A stretch of DNA of 64,000 bases from contig JAQGDQ010000053.1 in assembly GCA_030141605.1 (NCBI GenBank), positions 62,001 through 126,000 on the forward strand, given 5' to 3'. This document shows, piece by piece, positions 11,913 to 24,809 of the stretch. The translations under genes were made by a program, and so were the position numbers. The notes beneath the pieces were generated by a model that saw only the letters and a list, made by a program, of their open reading frames with translations, did not search any database and had not been told where the DNA came from. Positions within the stretch are counted from its first letter, which is position 1. The number at the start of each line of letters is the position of its first letter. This stretch comes from Tubiluchus corallicola. Lineage: Eukaryota; Animalia; Priapulida.

Positions 11913-14900
11913 TTATTGGACAGTGCTTTCGTTCTCAGGTTTACTTATTGAGCCTGACATGTCGGTTAATCCTAGGAAATTCCTAATTATATCTGCATAA
12001 TATTGACCAAATACAGCTCGATTATGATCGACAAGCCTCAAGAATTGTCCACACACTTGCATCAACTCTTTGTCCATTGTAGCCAATCCTGCTGGGACTT
12101 TGACTGGACTGGCTGTCGTTGACATTGCAACACTCCGAATAAAGTCAGTCACTCGAGAAGCTGTGCCATATAAATAAAAATTTAAAGATACTTATAACTA
12201 ATCAGAAATGGGATAAAATAACTTATTTCATTACAAAACATAAGCAAAGAACTTACAAAACATAAGCCATTGTACGTAGCTTTAGGGTATTGACTGATTT
12301 TTGAGCTGTTATGATCACATGCCACTCAGCTATTTCTTTTGTCTTATACATATTTTAGTAATCACAGTTGCAAGCCTGTTTATGGCAGTTTGACAACACA
12401 GAATTTAGTTAGTCAATGGATCAATGAGTGTTAGGAAAATTACTTCAGGATAGATTTGCCTGACATACTGCTGCCAACTATTTCTCTCACTGACAGAGAA
12501 TGTACATGTCCACCAGTTCAGTCCAGTATCTCATCTCAAAACACCTTATAGCAAGTAAGATTCCCAGTCCTATCTAGGCCATTCAACATTGGTAAACCTT
12601 GCAGCTGATTCCTTGGGCTCGATTTTTCATAGAGTTCGTACACAAAAACTTACGAAGCTCATAAAAACATTCATAAGTGCCATTTTACAAACTTTCTAGT
12701 GAAATTATGCAAAAGTTCGTAGTTATGAAGCTTGAAAAATCTCACTCAAGCTTCAGATCTTTCGTAAAAACGAACTTGTGAAAAAAGCATTCATAAGATT
12801 GTTGGCAATCTTGTCCTTACACTTTTGCTTACTGTGTGATAAACTTTACAATAAAACTTGTTATTTATCTACACATTTATTTACACATAAAAAAGTCTGG
12901 CTAAAAATAGTGTGCAGCAGCTTCTGCATTCACCAGATGTTTAATAAATCGCATGCTGCACATAACTGACATGTCTATGCTGTGAGAGTGAGTAAAGTGT
13001 GAGAAAATTGCAGCAACTTATTCATGACTCACTTGCCTTGTATAAGAAATGAATTGAAATGACTTACAAATAACTTTGTAGACTGGATGTTCGTCTGAGC
13101 CAAGTTCACTTATTTGACCTTTTAATGCAGTTTCTTGTTCTTCTGATAAACTTTTGTATCCGTGTTCATTCAGGCATTTATTAACTTCTTTTGCAATTAG
13201 ACTCGACAGACCCAGCAGCGTGCTTGACTTTTCACTGTTTCAAAAATAAGTAAAAGATTTTTAACATACATCAATTTCACTACCCCGGTACACAACAAGT
13301 GTAAATACAAGCCAAAAACTATTGCTCAAAAACAAATGCTAAGAGAACATGTACAGTATTTTAATACACATAGCACAACTGATGGCAAAGCCAATAAACA
13401 CTATATTAAAATGTTGTAACTGTCTTTAATAACACATATTAAGAATGGTGCACCACAAAAGGTAAATAATTAATCAGGACGTATTCATATTTCACAAATC
13501 TTAACTTTGATTTACCATTTCTATGTAGAGAAGAGGCCAAATGCTTTTCTGTCCTGTTATAAAATTATTTATACGGTTAACAAAGCAAGTGACGCAATAT
13601 ATTTTAAGTTTGCTGTACTGCAAACACTACAAGGCCATCTTAACAGGATCTGTATTGTCTCTGAAGGCTCAGCTTCTCTTTAATTTTCCACACTTGAAAT
13701 TGCTGAAACAACTTTTTGAATTTTGCTGGCCTATCTGCCTAGGTGCAAAATTTAAACACATTTCACTGTAAAATGATGATAATTAATAAAAACTGACAAA
13801 CACAACAGACAAGCGATGCTGTATCGCTTGATTGTTAAGCGTCTTGCAACAATGTGGGAACTTATTGCTATACACTCTACAGTCTTAATGCGCGTTCTAC
13901 TCGTGTTAAATTTTTTACTTATGATACATTATGTGAAACTAGGCATAGAATTACATTTATTTTTTTAAACAATATATACACTTTATATGCCCAATTCAAG
14001 TGCTGTTTACACCATAAGAAATAGCAGCAAAAGGACTAAGAATTTTACACAAAGGGTTTATTGGATAAGTTCGGCTTTATGTACTTAATGCCTACTTGGC
14101 ACTGCATGTTGCTGTAATAAATTACCATTAAAGCATGTACTCATTGTTAAGCAAGGACTTAACTCTATCTCAATGTTAAAAGATTATTTTACCTTTCTGG
14201 GGTATCTGTCAGCACAATAGTAATTTTGTCCTTCAGTTTTTCCTTAAAGGAAGATATACCTGAAATGGCTCCACCCACTGTATTATAAGTAACCAATAAA
14301 ACTGAAGCCACTAACTTAATGTGACTTGTTTTATCTCGCAAGCCCATAAACCGGCCTTGATCCATAAGCAATGTCTGAAAAAGCATTACTTAAAAATTTA
14401 GAACAGCTATCTAAATGAAAAAAGAAAATGCAACCAGATAACAAGGTGCTCATAAAATGGTTAACTGCTACACTTAAACAGCTAACATTTTTTTCAACAA
14501 CTCTGATCCCTGCTAACAAAAGGCTATTAATTTTTATCCCAATGTGAGTTCAAACATTGTCATTGTCTATTTTACTACAGAGTTAAAAATTAGTACAACT
14601 ATCACAGTTCATGCTTAACAACTTGGTTACCTCGGGAAAGAAATGTTTTATGTCCCATACAAGCAAATCCAAATAGCATTGGTTTAATATGCTTGCTGGA
14701 CTAATAGTAGTGGTTATTTCTGCTGCAGTAGCTCCCTCTACTTCAGACTCTAATGTTTTTAGTTTCTCAAATCCACGTTGTAGCCACATTCGAGTGTACT
14801 GAAGCCCATCTGAAATATAAACATAAAAAATACATGTACAGCATATGAAACAATTATTATTAGCTAATAACTATATCCATCACAATAGCACTGTTGATGT

Positions 14901-17900
14901 TCATAAAAAATAATATAATAAACACTAAAATGAAAAATATATTTTTTGAATAAACATTAACATACTAAAGAAGTATTTCTACCCAATAACGAGTTATTAA
15001 AGAATCATTATTCACATAATGTACTCTGTTATAACCTGTAGTTGAATAAAATGGGATGAACGATTTTTTCATTGTTTGGGAAAATATAAAGCACCTAACT
15101 CACCAAATGCATAACTGTCATACCACTTGCTGCTTATAATGGCAATACCACTAAAAACCACGTAATGCATAAAAGTCAGAAGAAAAACAAAAATGTGACG
15201 AATCTGTGAGTCTATTTGTAAAAATAAGTAATAGATAACTACAATGTCATGTTAATTAAAAGGTAAATTAAGTTGCAACAAAGGCTAATTTACAAAAAAA
15301 ACTGCACGGTAAAAATATCTAAATTTACAATTAGTGCAATACCGAAATATAGTTTTACATTTGACTACCTGTTTGAGTTTCCAAAAATTCCTTAAATTTT
15401 TGCTTTTCATACTCGACGCCATGCAGTTGAATTTGAGGTCGTACCTGCTGCAATGTGAAATTAGCCATGTCCAATTTCATCTTGTCAATTAACTCAAAAA
15501 TTCCTCTGCAAAAATATAAGTAAACAAATAAGCCTTCAAAAGTTAAAATTTAAAATAATGCAAAATTCTTCCCCGAGCTGATACTCTAACATTATTGCTT
15601 TACCTTTGGTTAGAACTTAAAGAACGTGCAAAAAAATTTGTTTGTATAATTTTAAATTAGCAAAAAGTGCATTGTATAGAAGCGTGGTAAATATAAAAAA
15701 CTACAGTAGGGATGCATTAGAAAGCATCCAATAATCATTTTTAATAAGGAACTGAATCATAATAATGTTTATTGATCAAGGACCACAACCACTCATTAAT
15801 GTCTTTTCACTCATCAATAATTTGTCTAATTTGCATACTAATCATACAAAATAATAATAATAAAAAAACCATCGATTCTCCAATCTGCAACTAATGATCA
15901 ACTACTAAAAACAACAAGATTTCAATCTACATTAATAAAGCACTTGTCAAAGTTACTGTAATAACGTACACTACATAAGTATACATAACACTCATTTCAT
16001 GCTTACTTGTACAAAGCAACAACATCTCGAGTTTGTTTTAAAGCAAGTATTTGTTCATCTCGTATAGGTGCACATAGCTTAGACATAACAGTCAGCACAA
16101 ACTGTGCATAATGGTCAATGTCTATGGCATTATTAATAGCTTTTTGTTGTATTAATTCCATATCTAAAGCTTCCTCGATTAAATTCTGAAGAGTGACATG
16201 CTGGGGTAGCAGCAAATCCAGTAGAACCTATAACAAAAAATTATATTATTTTGAATCCATTTTGTGCAGGATTTAGTCAAACTTTTAGTTTCAAAGACAT
16301 CCTGAAAGAAAGACCATTATCTCAATATATTTAGATTAATGTTCTGCAAAAATGCAGAATATTCTTGATTATTGTTCTTGCCTTGGTAGGGAAATTTCTA
16401 TTTTAAGAATTGGAAATAATTCAAAAACTTATTAGATTTAAAAACTTAAAATTTGCTGGGTGGATACCAGCTGATTAAACAATTTCTGCCTGCATCTTAG
16501 TTTTACAACTTAAGTCAAAGTATTGTTTCATAAAAAAAATTTGCATCTGTTGCATCCTACACAGATTATTTTTGTGCCAAGAATTTTTTCTGGAAAACAT
16601 CTACAGTGTGTCAGTGAATGTAGCCTACAACAAACAACAGGTTTCACCAGAAGAATTTCCAAAAACTGAAAAAAGCAGACTGGCACAATCCATAAAAGTT
16701 AAAAATACATCGAAATGTACACTAGCTTTTCGTAGTCAAAATGCGAAGATATGAAATGCATGAATGATAATTAAAACTCAAAGCACATTCAGTGTTATCA
16801 AGAAATTGTTTTCTACTTTCTTGCATACCACTCCCAGGGCAAAATCTGTAAACTAATTAACTGCTAATGAGCTAACTGAAACCGGGTAGCAGCAAAATAG
16901 TTAAAAGAAAACAGAAGCTTGGAAAATTTGAAGATGACTTATTTCCTCAATATCCTTATAGCATGGGAAAGATGATCTGTAAGCAAAACAGAGGAGTGCT
17001 CAGAGCATTATTGGACTCTGGACATTCACATGGTGCACAATCAGTTTGAAGGTGCACTGAACAGAAAGCATGATACAAAGAAAATTCAGCGGCTGGTCCT
17101 GAAACCATGTAATGTAACAACACCATGCACATGTTGAGTTGTGCCACCAGCTCTACATAATACCAAATGCCACAAGAAGGAGCAAGACTTTTAGTTTGTT
17201 ATCAGGGTGCTTAATCTTAATATTCTTACATACAGTGAAATATCAGCATGTAACCAGATTATCCACTAGCAATAGTTAACGTCAAAATATTTTGTAAGCT
17301 TTGTAAAGACACAAATGTAATATGGTTGGAACATAGTAAAGGAAAAACCAGTTCTTTGGGGAAGATGAGCTTATTTTAATATCTGAGAAAATGTTAAGAA
17401 GTTTCACAAATAAAACTGTGATAAGCACCTTTTGTAATTAGTAAAATCAGTTTAAAGTCGCTATCACTTCACGATTGAGCGGGGCGCTCATTTTGAACGA
17501 AAAATGGCATTACCCAGTTACAATACAGCATATCTAGTAAACTCTTATCCAGGCTCACTGAGAGCAGGGGTCAGCCGGGGTGGCGCTTGAGGGCCCACAA
17601 ACCAAACGAGGGTGTACCCTTGCTTAATTGTGCACAGCAAACAAAAGAAAATGTGTGCTTTGGTTAAAATTTAAAAAACTGTCCATAAGTCAGCATAATT
17701 AAAACTGTAGGTTATTCTGCTTAAAGTAAAATGTATCATAAATTCTAAAAACAAATGCTAAGTATCATTTAAATCGTCTGTAAAATGTTCAAGAAATACT
17801 GAAAATTTAATTCTATAAGCCCTCGCCTACTTCTCTGCCGAAAAAGTGGTACTGCAATTGTGGACTTAGTTTGAGTATCATTATTTGGAAAATTGGAGGA

Positions 17901-20732
17901 GAGGGGCCAAGTTTCCTCTTGCCCAGGGACCCAAAGATTCTCTTGGCAGCCCTGCTCTTATCAAATAAATGCTAATCCCTGCCTGGTGCCTAAACAAAAT
18001 TTTTTACACCTGCAGTTACAATTATCAATCCAAAATGTTAAACTAGAGATTATCTAATACTATATTTCTTTAATTTCTATATATCTCTAATACTTTTTGA
18101 TAAATCCTGTTGTCCAGTATTTAATCAAAATCAGTTATAATCTCGACAAAATAACAGAATAATTATTTTAACAAGCTAAAATTGAACTCCATGAGCTAAT
18201 TAGCCTGCCCGACACCTACTATATCTCACAAAATTGCATGCTTGTCTGGAAATCAAAAAAAATCTGTACATTAGTTATGTACATGTTGTACAGCACTTGC
18301 ACATTTTAAAGTATAATCACATGGATTAAAGCTATGTAAGCATTTTAAAAGGTTGCTAATTAATATAATGACTAATTTTTGCATAAACACAGTTAAGCAC
18401 AACACTAGAATAGTGGAATTTCTGAGTGAACTGCAGAAGATTTGTTACACGTACCTTCACAGCATTTATGCTGTCCACCAGCTTATGTAGTTTTTTTCAA
18501 ATATCCCCGCAGCGAGGTTCGTTTGGTTGGTGATAAGAATGACTTAAATTTCTTTTGCATTTTTAAGCATGGCCTTTTATGCGCATGTAGTAATTTCAAT
18601 ATTTTTAATTGTATACTAAAATTCAGTGAATGTTGTCTGAAGGTTTGTTTTGCCCGTAATAATATACATTCTTCGAATATAAATTGTCCCAAGAGAAACT
18701 ATTGTATCTGGTAGTGAGGATTTTTGAATGGATAACTAGGTATGAAGAAAACATCAGTCTGGGTTTTTGAGAGAAATTTGCATTAGCTCTGACAATATCA
18801 TAATTTTTCACAAGCTGAAAGCTGGGCACACACATAAAATAAAACCACAGAGCCCCAAAGCAATAAAACTCTCAACAAACTAAATAGCAAGATCTTGAAT
18901 TTTTGGAAACTGTAGGTCATTTATCAAAAAGTGACACCAGAAACTGTAAGTATACTAACTAAACTTGGTACCCAGATTGCAACATATGCCCTCACAGGTC
19001 TTATTCCTTCCATGCCAATTTAAATTAAAACAAAATTCAGACCTCTCAACTCTTACTGTTCTACTGTTAATTTCACAATTTTGACTCATACATTTCCTTA
19101 TGATCTCATGACATACCTTTGCTTTCTTGCCGTAAATAAAAAAAACCAATAAATTTTGATAAGTCTAAAGAAGTATGAAAGTACTTTTAAGCAAAATTAG
19201 TTTAGAATGCTGCCACATCCAAGTAGCCTCTTTAATAACTCATTTTGCATCAAAAACGACTGTGATCAACAACCAATGTGTGATGTTATTTTACTGTTTT
19301 GAACTAGAAAAGTTATTAAAAAACTGTTTTAACCTTTAATTATATCAGTTCAACTTTTTTTGAGACAAAAATTCAGTGCCATAGCGAATATAACCTGGCT
19401 TTACATTCGCGATTTTCCAGGATGTATAAATTTTTTAACTTTTTGAAAAATCTACAGTTTTGCTTTCTCTTAGGGCGTTGAGAGGTCCGGAATTTAAACA
19501 TTTTTACGGCTACATGGTAAGCACGGCATAGTACTTTTCAATCGTACTACATTCTTTATGGTTCCATGCCTTTTCTTTTATTTGCTTTTTTATACAGAAT
19601 AATTTATCAAGTGATTAGGCATATTTAACATTATGGAGATCTTAAAACTACTTTACAAATTCATTGTTTTGTTTAGCTACCAATGGTTGATTATTATTGC
19701 ACCTGATCATAGTTTATGCATGCAGTAACTAGGTAAAAAATATTCTGGAATACTTTACAAATAATAAAGAAAATTAAAATCTGTCCAGGTCACCTGTTTT
19801 ATCTCATGAAGCAACTTAATAGCATGCTCATAATTTGGTGGTTCCTCTGCAAGTTGCTCCTTTAATACATCCCAAAAAGCTTTATGCATGACTTCTTTAA
19901 CTTGTTTCTGAAAACTGAATTAAATCACTTACATGTCAATTAATGAAAATAGAGTTGGACTCAAAGTAAATTATTTGCAGATTTAATGGCACACGTGGTA
20001 AAAAATTATCTGTAAAGATATTAAACTATTTGAAAAATAGTGAATAGATAAAACCAATTTCATTTAATGTTTCAACTTCTTTACAGTCGTGAGAAAACAC
20101 GCAATTTTAGCTATTCTTTTAAATTTAGGTTTACAGTCAAAAGATCAACTGCCTCAAATGGCTTTGTCTTTGAAAAACAAAGGAAAAATCATAGCTGCAT
20201 TTTACTTTTTATTTACCTGTTTTCTGGTGGTTGTAGGCTTTCCAATTTGAAATCATTGTCTAGAGCAATCTCATGAGCTAAAGCCATGTTTGTTACTCCG
20301 TTTGCAACTTGCATCAATTCTTCAAAACTGATAAACTTCGGTGGGGAAGCTATAAATTTCATAACAATTTAAATTTCAATTGCAAATTCATAACAAATTA
20401 ACAGAAATGAATAAATAAAAATAATTTGCTACTAAAACAAACACACTCTAATTCAATGATAAACATAAAAATAGAAAAAAGATACCTGCTAGTGTATAAG
20501 GTGGTGCAGTAGGAGGAGTATTTAACCTTTGGCGCTTTGTCAAAGAGGATGAAGAAGAACTGTTTGGCTGAATGTCACTTCCAGCATGCTTTTTTACCAG
20601 CCTATTACTATTCGCTTGTGATCCACTGCTGTTACCTTCAGATTGAGGGTGGTCAGTCTTGCTACTTTTATTGAGTTTTTCCTCTTTTGATTCACTGTCT
20701 TTCCCTTTGGCACTGACATCTGATGGATCCAT
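11913..20732 (-). CDS. TCP11L1: T-complex protein 11-like protein (TCP11L1/TCP11L2 family), 9 coding exons, ~544 aa
   Basis: Exons 20732-20486, 20349-20217, 19914-19794, 16227-16007, 15505-15369, 14809-14631, 14374-14193, 13234-13068, 12160-11913, frame-consistent GT-AG. Tcp11 family motifs: [80 protein letters not shown]. Paralogue-level symbol is approximate for an invertebrate. Confidence 0.92.
12615..12792. mobile_element. Short MITE remnant (Harbinger-like)
   Basis: GGGCTCGATTTTTCATAGAGTTCGT start with imperfect inverse ACGAACTTGTGAAAAAAGC at the end; internal TTCGTA/TACGAA motifs. Confidence 0.4.
17550..17954. mobile_element. hAT-type MITE with perfect 8-bp target site duplication
   Basis: CTCTTATC at 17542-17549 and 17955-17962; imperfect TIRs CAGGCTCACTGAGAG and CTCTTGGCAGCCCTG. 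Confidence 0.85.
18130..18650 (+). repeat. Dispersed repeat, copy 1 (copy 2 at ~45500-46010)
   Basis: Collinear shared blocks ACAGAATAATTATTTTA, AATTTCTGAGTGAACT(G/A)CAGAAG, GCAG(C/T)GAGGTTC, TTTTGCATTTTTAAGC. Confidence 0.8.
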
Positions 20733-20789
20733 TTTAACCTGTGCTAAACAACACCTAATAACAGGTCACTTGTAAGTCAAGCTGCTAAA

Positions 20790-21265
20790 TAACTAACAGT
20801 TTACTACACAACAGCATTAATATGGTCGAAGTAAAAGCAAATGCTAAGAATTCATTTATAAGAAATTTAATATGTCCCATGTGCAATAGCGAATTAATAG
20901 CAACAACAGAACATTTATTTACTTGTAGCAAATATAAAAGGATTAGAGAAAATCTAGGTAAAGTCTCAACAGAGGATGTTAAAAGCTGTTGTAGTGAAAA
21001 TTTTTTGAAAGCATCCAAATATGTAAATGATTGTTTGTTTTATAGGGAAAGCATTTTGAAAGAACTTGGTGAAATAAATTTTGAAGAAGACAAAAGCATA
21101 AAGGTGCTACAGTGTTAAGAACCCCTTGAATCGATTTTATCGTTAGCCCATACAAGTGGAGAGGGCTGAGAGAAACCACAGCGCTGCTGGCTTTGGTATG
21201 CCTTGAATGGGCGATAGTGGTCAACTAATTAAAGTACCGGTCATAAGTAAGAACTTAAAAAAAAG
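20790..21265 (+). mobile_element. 3' end of a non-LTR retrotransposon (C-terminal CCHC region, 3' UTR, A tail) in intron 1 of the TCP11-like gene
   Basis: ORF 20822-21118: MVEVKANAKN...ICPMCNSELIATTEHLFTCSKYKRIR matches the CxxC...EHxxxC motif at the end of non-LTR ORF2; followed by ~130 bp and A8. Confidence 0.7.
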
Positions 21266-21448
21266 ACTTAAAGAAGGGGGATCGGACTAAGGTCCTAACT
21301 AGATAGTAACTATTATACGACTAGTTTAGTAAAGTAGTATTATTTTTCTTATTACTATTAGTATTACTAGTACTACCGAAACTGTGAACAAATGTACTAC
21401 GTAATATCTAATGGAAAATATAGTAAAAGTAATCATAAAAACAACATA

Positions 21449-21620
21449 CGAAACCCGTAATTCAACAAAACACTTAAAACAGCTGCACAAGCAGGCATCA
21501 GTGTTTGTATTTATTATTTAGAAAACGAACGCAAAATATGCAGTAACTTAATGTAGTAGACCACTCCTCGTCTTCAAAGCCTTCTCTGCGCCCACGCGGT
21601 TAGCCCAGCAGACGGGCCAA
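21449..21620 (-). promoter_or_regulatory. Probable non-coding first exon / promoter region of the TCP11-like gene
   Basis: ATG at 20732 lies just inside an acceptor (cacag|gttaaaATG), so an upstream exon is needed; minus-strand donor gtatgt at ~21448 with a CpG-richer patch at 21560-21625. Confidence 0.45.
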
Positions 21621-21623
21621 ACA

Positions 21624-22520
21624 GTAGGGGTGAGTATTCTCTATCACAGAGCGAAATCGAATGAAATCGAATTTGTGATTTATGAATTCGAATTGAACCG
21701 AATTTCAGTATTTCGAATTAGAATCGAATTCGAGTTGAGTTTGAAAGATAAACAAGTTTTCGAACCACCAATTCAATTCAGTTTTGTTTGCACAAATACA
21801 TACAATGTACATTGGCAAAACAATACATGTCAAATACTACGTAAACCGAAAAAAATACAATAGGCTGTGTGTAAGGGTATTTTCATAGCCAAATGTTAAG
21901 ATATGGTATACTGATACAAAAATCACAATTGCATAAAAATTGTATAATTTAGCAATGAAAAAAGAAAAATGACTTAAAAGTAGTAGGTATCTGTGCCAGC
22001 TTTTTAAATGAAAGATTATAAAAATAACGTAATGATAGTTGAAAATAATTTGGTTAGAGTCTGCTGCGAAAGTGCTGATTTCTTCTTTCCAAGGAATCAG
22101 AGATGTGCCAAAAGTTTCTTGCACTGATGTCATAGATTGTAACCAGAAAGCCTACAAAAACAAAGAAACAGTATTAAAACAATTAAAAACAATAAACACC
22201 AGTAAAAATTGATTATACAAAGATCATGGATACTTGCTCGGTAAAACCACTGATAATTTAAACACTTCAGCACTGATCCTTTGAGATAAATGCACTTGGA
22301 GCATTGCAGCGAGTAGGGAGTCCTGGCATGGGAAGGTGAACAGAATCATGTTCCTGAATGTATGATTCATGGATGATGATGCTGAAAACTACTTATTATT
22401 TGTTTAAAAAGTGTGCACAGAAATTATGTTAAACTGTGCTAACTGCATGATGTTTCAAACGTTTTAATGATAAAGAATGTATGTGGTTGAAGTGCTGAAT
22501 CAATCGAAATCGAACTAAAA
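21624..22520. mobile_element. hAT-like MITE remnant with TCGAA subterminal repeats
   Basis: Begins TAGGGGTG; dense ATCGAA/TTCGAA motifs at 21650-21770 and again near 22500. Confidence 0.5.
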
Positions 22521-23958
22521 AATTTTGTTCAAACATTGAAAAACCCTTGTTTTTGGACAAGTTTCTCGTTTGTTCATTAATTTTTTTTTGTTAATTGTTA
22601 ATGAATTTATTATTGTCATTATTATTTATTCTAGTTAAAGCTTTGCTTGAAAATGAAACTTTGTAAGTATGTAGGCCTGGATCGGGGAACGACTTTGATT
22701 GGATACTCGTTGACCTTGTATGAGTGGCTCAAGGTCTAAGGCCATTTTTCTCAAAAGCTTCGAAAGCTATCTCTTCCTACAGTTGTAACAGCATCATACT
22801 GAAATTCAAGTGGGTGCAGAGTTCTGGTATATGGGGCTAAATTTGTTTTGTGGGTGCATAGGGCTGAAGAGGAACAAGCCTCTATAGGCGAAGGTCTACA
22901 AAATGTGATATTTCTTAAAAAAAAGTGTTCAACTACCTAATGTAGTATACATTGAAAATCTATCATGAAACAAACTAAACTGTGGTAATCAAATAAAATG
23001 ATGGACATTAGAGTAAACATTTACTATTATAATGTAAGAAAGTAATAGGAAGGATGAACATGCAAGTATCACATTAATATTCAGTTATATAAATACACAA
23101 AAATTCATTAACAAGAATTTCAACATGTTGGTCTGAATGTATAAGTACATAATGTTTTATTGACCTGTACGTGCTTGAGATCTGCATAGCAGTTACAAAT
23201 GACATAATTATAATGACCAAAATAATTTGCTGCCAGGCTTCTGGGTTGTTAACCAACTTAATTGCCTTTAGATTGTGTTCTCTTTATATGTTTAATAAGA
23301 TCATGAATCTAACACCATTATGTTCTCGTTGAACGTATGTATTTTACAAACAAATTGTCACATAAAACTGTGTCTTGCAATTACAGCTATTTTTTTTTTA
23401 AAAAATCTCTATGTTGGATAACTGTTCAAATGTTGCTTTTTTGTACACAGTTTGGAATTTTATATTGTAGTATCAGATGATAATTATTTGTCACCTTATT
23501 TGTCACATAGACTATCTACGTTTGCAGATGAAACGTGAGTAACTTTATCGCATGATTAATACATGCAACTCAACTATTTAAAAAAGAAAGGCTTGTGAAC
23601 CGACATTTATAAACAGCATACACCCTGCTGTATGCACGAGAGTCGTTGAGTTAAGTGGCACAACTGCATTACTGGGCTTAATCTTAATTCTGAAAGTTAC
23701 ATACCATGCTGAACAAAGGGTAAAGATACAGGAAAATTATCATGGATTTGTGTCATTTTCAGTCAACAGATATAGCCACGGTTTTCTAAAAAATCAAGGT
23801 ATGGCCTTAGGTCGCCAAATTTCTATTGGTTTAAGTTATGAAACTTAAAACTTACTGTTCTAGTTTGAATTAACATCATCGTTTTACATGTGTGCCATTT
23901 TGCTTTAATGTACTTGTTTTATTCTGGAACATCCTGTCTTAACATTTTATCTGTAATT

Positions 23959-23996
23959 TTCAGCTGATGATCCCCGCCATGGTGAAAGCTTCTGAA
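23959..23996 (+). ncRNA. Candidate minimal type-I hammerhead ribozyme (possibly decayed)
   Basis: TTCAG-CTGATGA-TCCCCGCCATGGT-GAAA-GC-TT-CTGAA: both catalytic boxes, 5-bp stem I (TTCAG/CTGAA), palindromic stem III (AAGCTT); stem II weak. Confidence 0.45.
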
Positions 23997-24429
23997 TCAA
24001 TCATTGTACAATCACTGGTAAAGGGCATTATGTTTTATATGTTAAAGTGCATGTACTTCAAAACAAAGGGCTTACACAAAACCTTTCAAGTTGACTGTTT
24101 GTACGTTTTGTTCAGAAACTAAACTTTTAATTCAGAGTGTTTTTAATTATAAACGCACTATAACTCACAGTTTCACACAATAACCTTAATTGTTTCAGAG
24201 AAAGAGAGAATTCCTCAAAAAAGGGGCTCTCCTTCTTTGGCACTTGGAAAAATTACAAATACTGAAAGCATGCTTGGTGTTATCGATTGCCATTTATATG
24301 AACCATTTGAATTTACAGGTGCGTGAATCATGTGCCAGTTATGAATACTAACAAGGTTGAGCTAAAACTGCAGAATTTCTTTGTAGATGTCTTATCTTCA
24401 TTTACTTATAATTATATTTATGGTTTGGA

Positions 24430-24575
24430 GTCATTAACCCCAGTCCCGAACATTTCTTCCTGATCCAAACCCCAGTCTTGACCTAAAACTCAATTAGCAT
24501 CCCGAACCCTCATCTTGAACGAAGTACTGATCCAGACCCGAACCTCAATCTCATCCCGAACCTCAAACACATCTA
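24430..24575. mobile_element. MITE terminus with CCCGAAC repeats
   Basis: Four CCCGAAC motifs ending CACATCTA (inverse TAGATGTG, hAT-like end). Confidence 0.4.
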
Positions 24576-24689
24576 ATACAAAGTTTACAAACCTGGAAAG
24601 AAATTCGTGAACATTTGCAATTGTTTCCATTTTTTAATTGATATTAGAATAATCAAAAATTTAATACAGTATTAACTGTCTTGTAGCTT

Positions 24690-24809
24690 TCGTTATAGGT
24701 CAAGTCGCGCTGTTGCTTTGAAATCAGCTACGAAATGTGATAAACCACTTCGTAACTGCAATTTTATCAATTATCCGCAAGGAGTTCTGGGATATGATAT
24801 TTAAATTCA
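24690..24809 (+). promoter_or_regulatory. Probable promoter/5' UTR of the DEPDC7-like gene
   Basis: CpG-richer patch directly upstream of ATG 24810, including CGCGC..TTTGAA (24706-24722) and TTTAAA (24800-24805). Confidence 0.4.

Noticed and set aside
21120-21180. Twister ribozyme resemblance (AGCCC...AAGTGGAG.GGG)
   Set aside because: The conserved 5' cleavage-site strand and second pseudoknot could not be identified.
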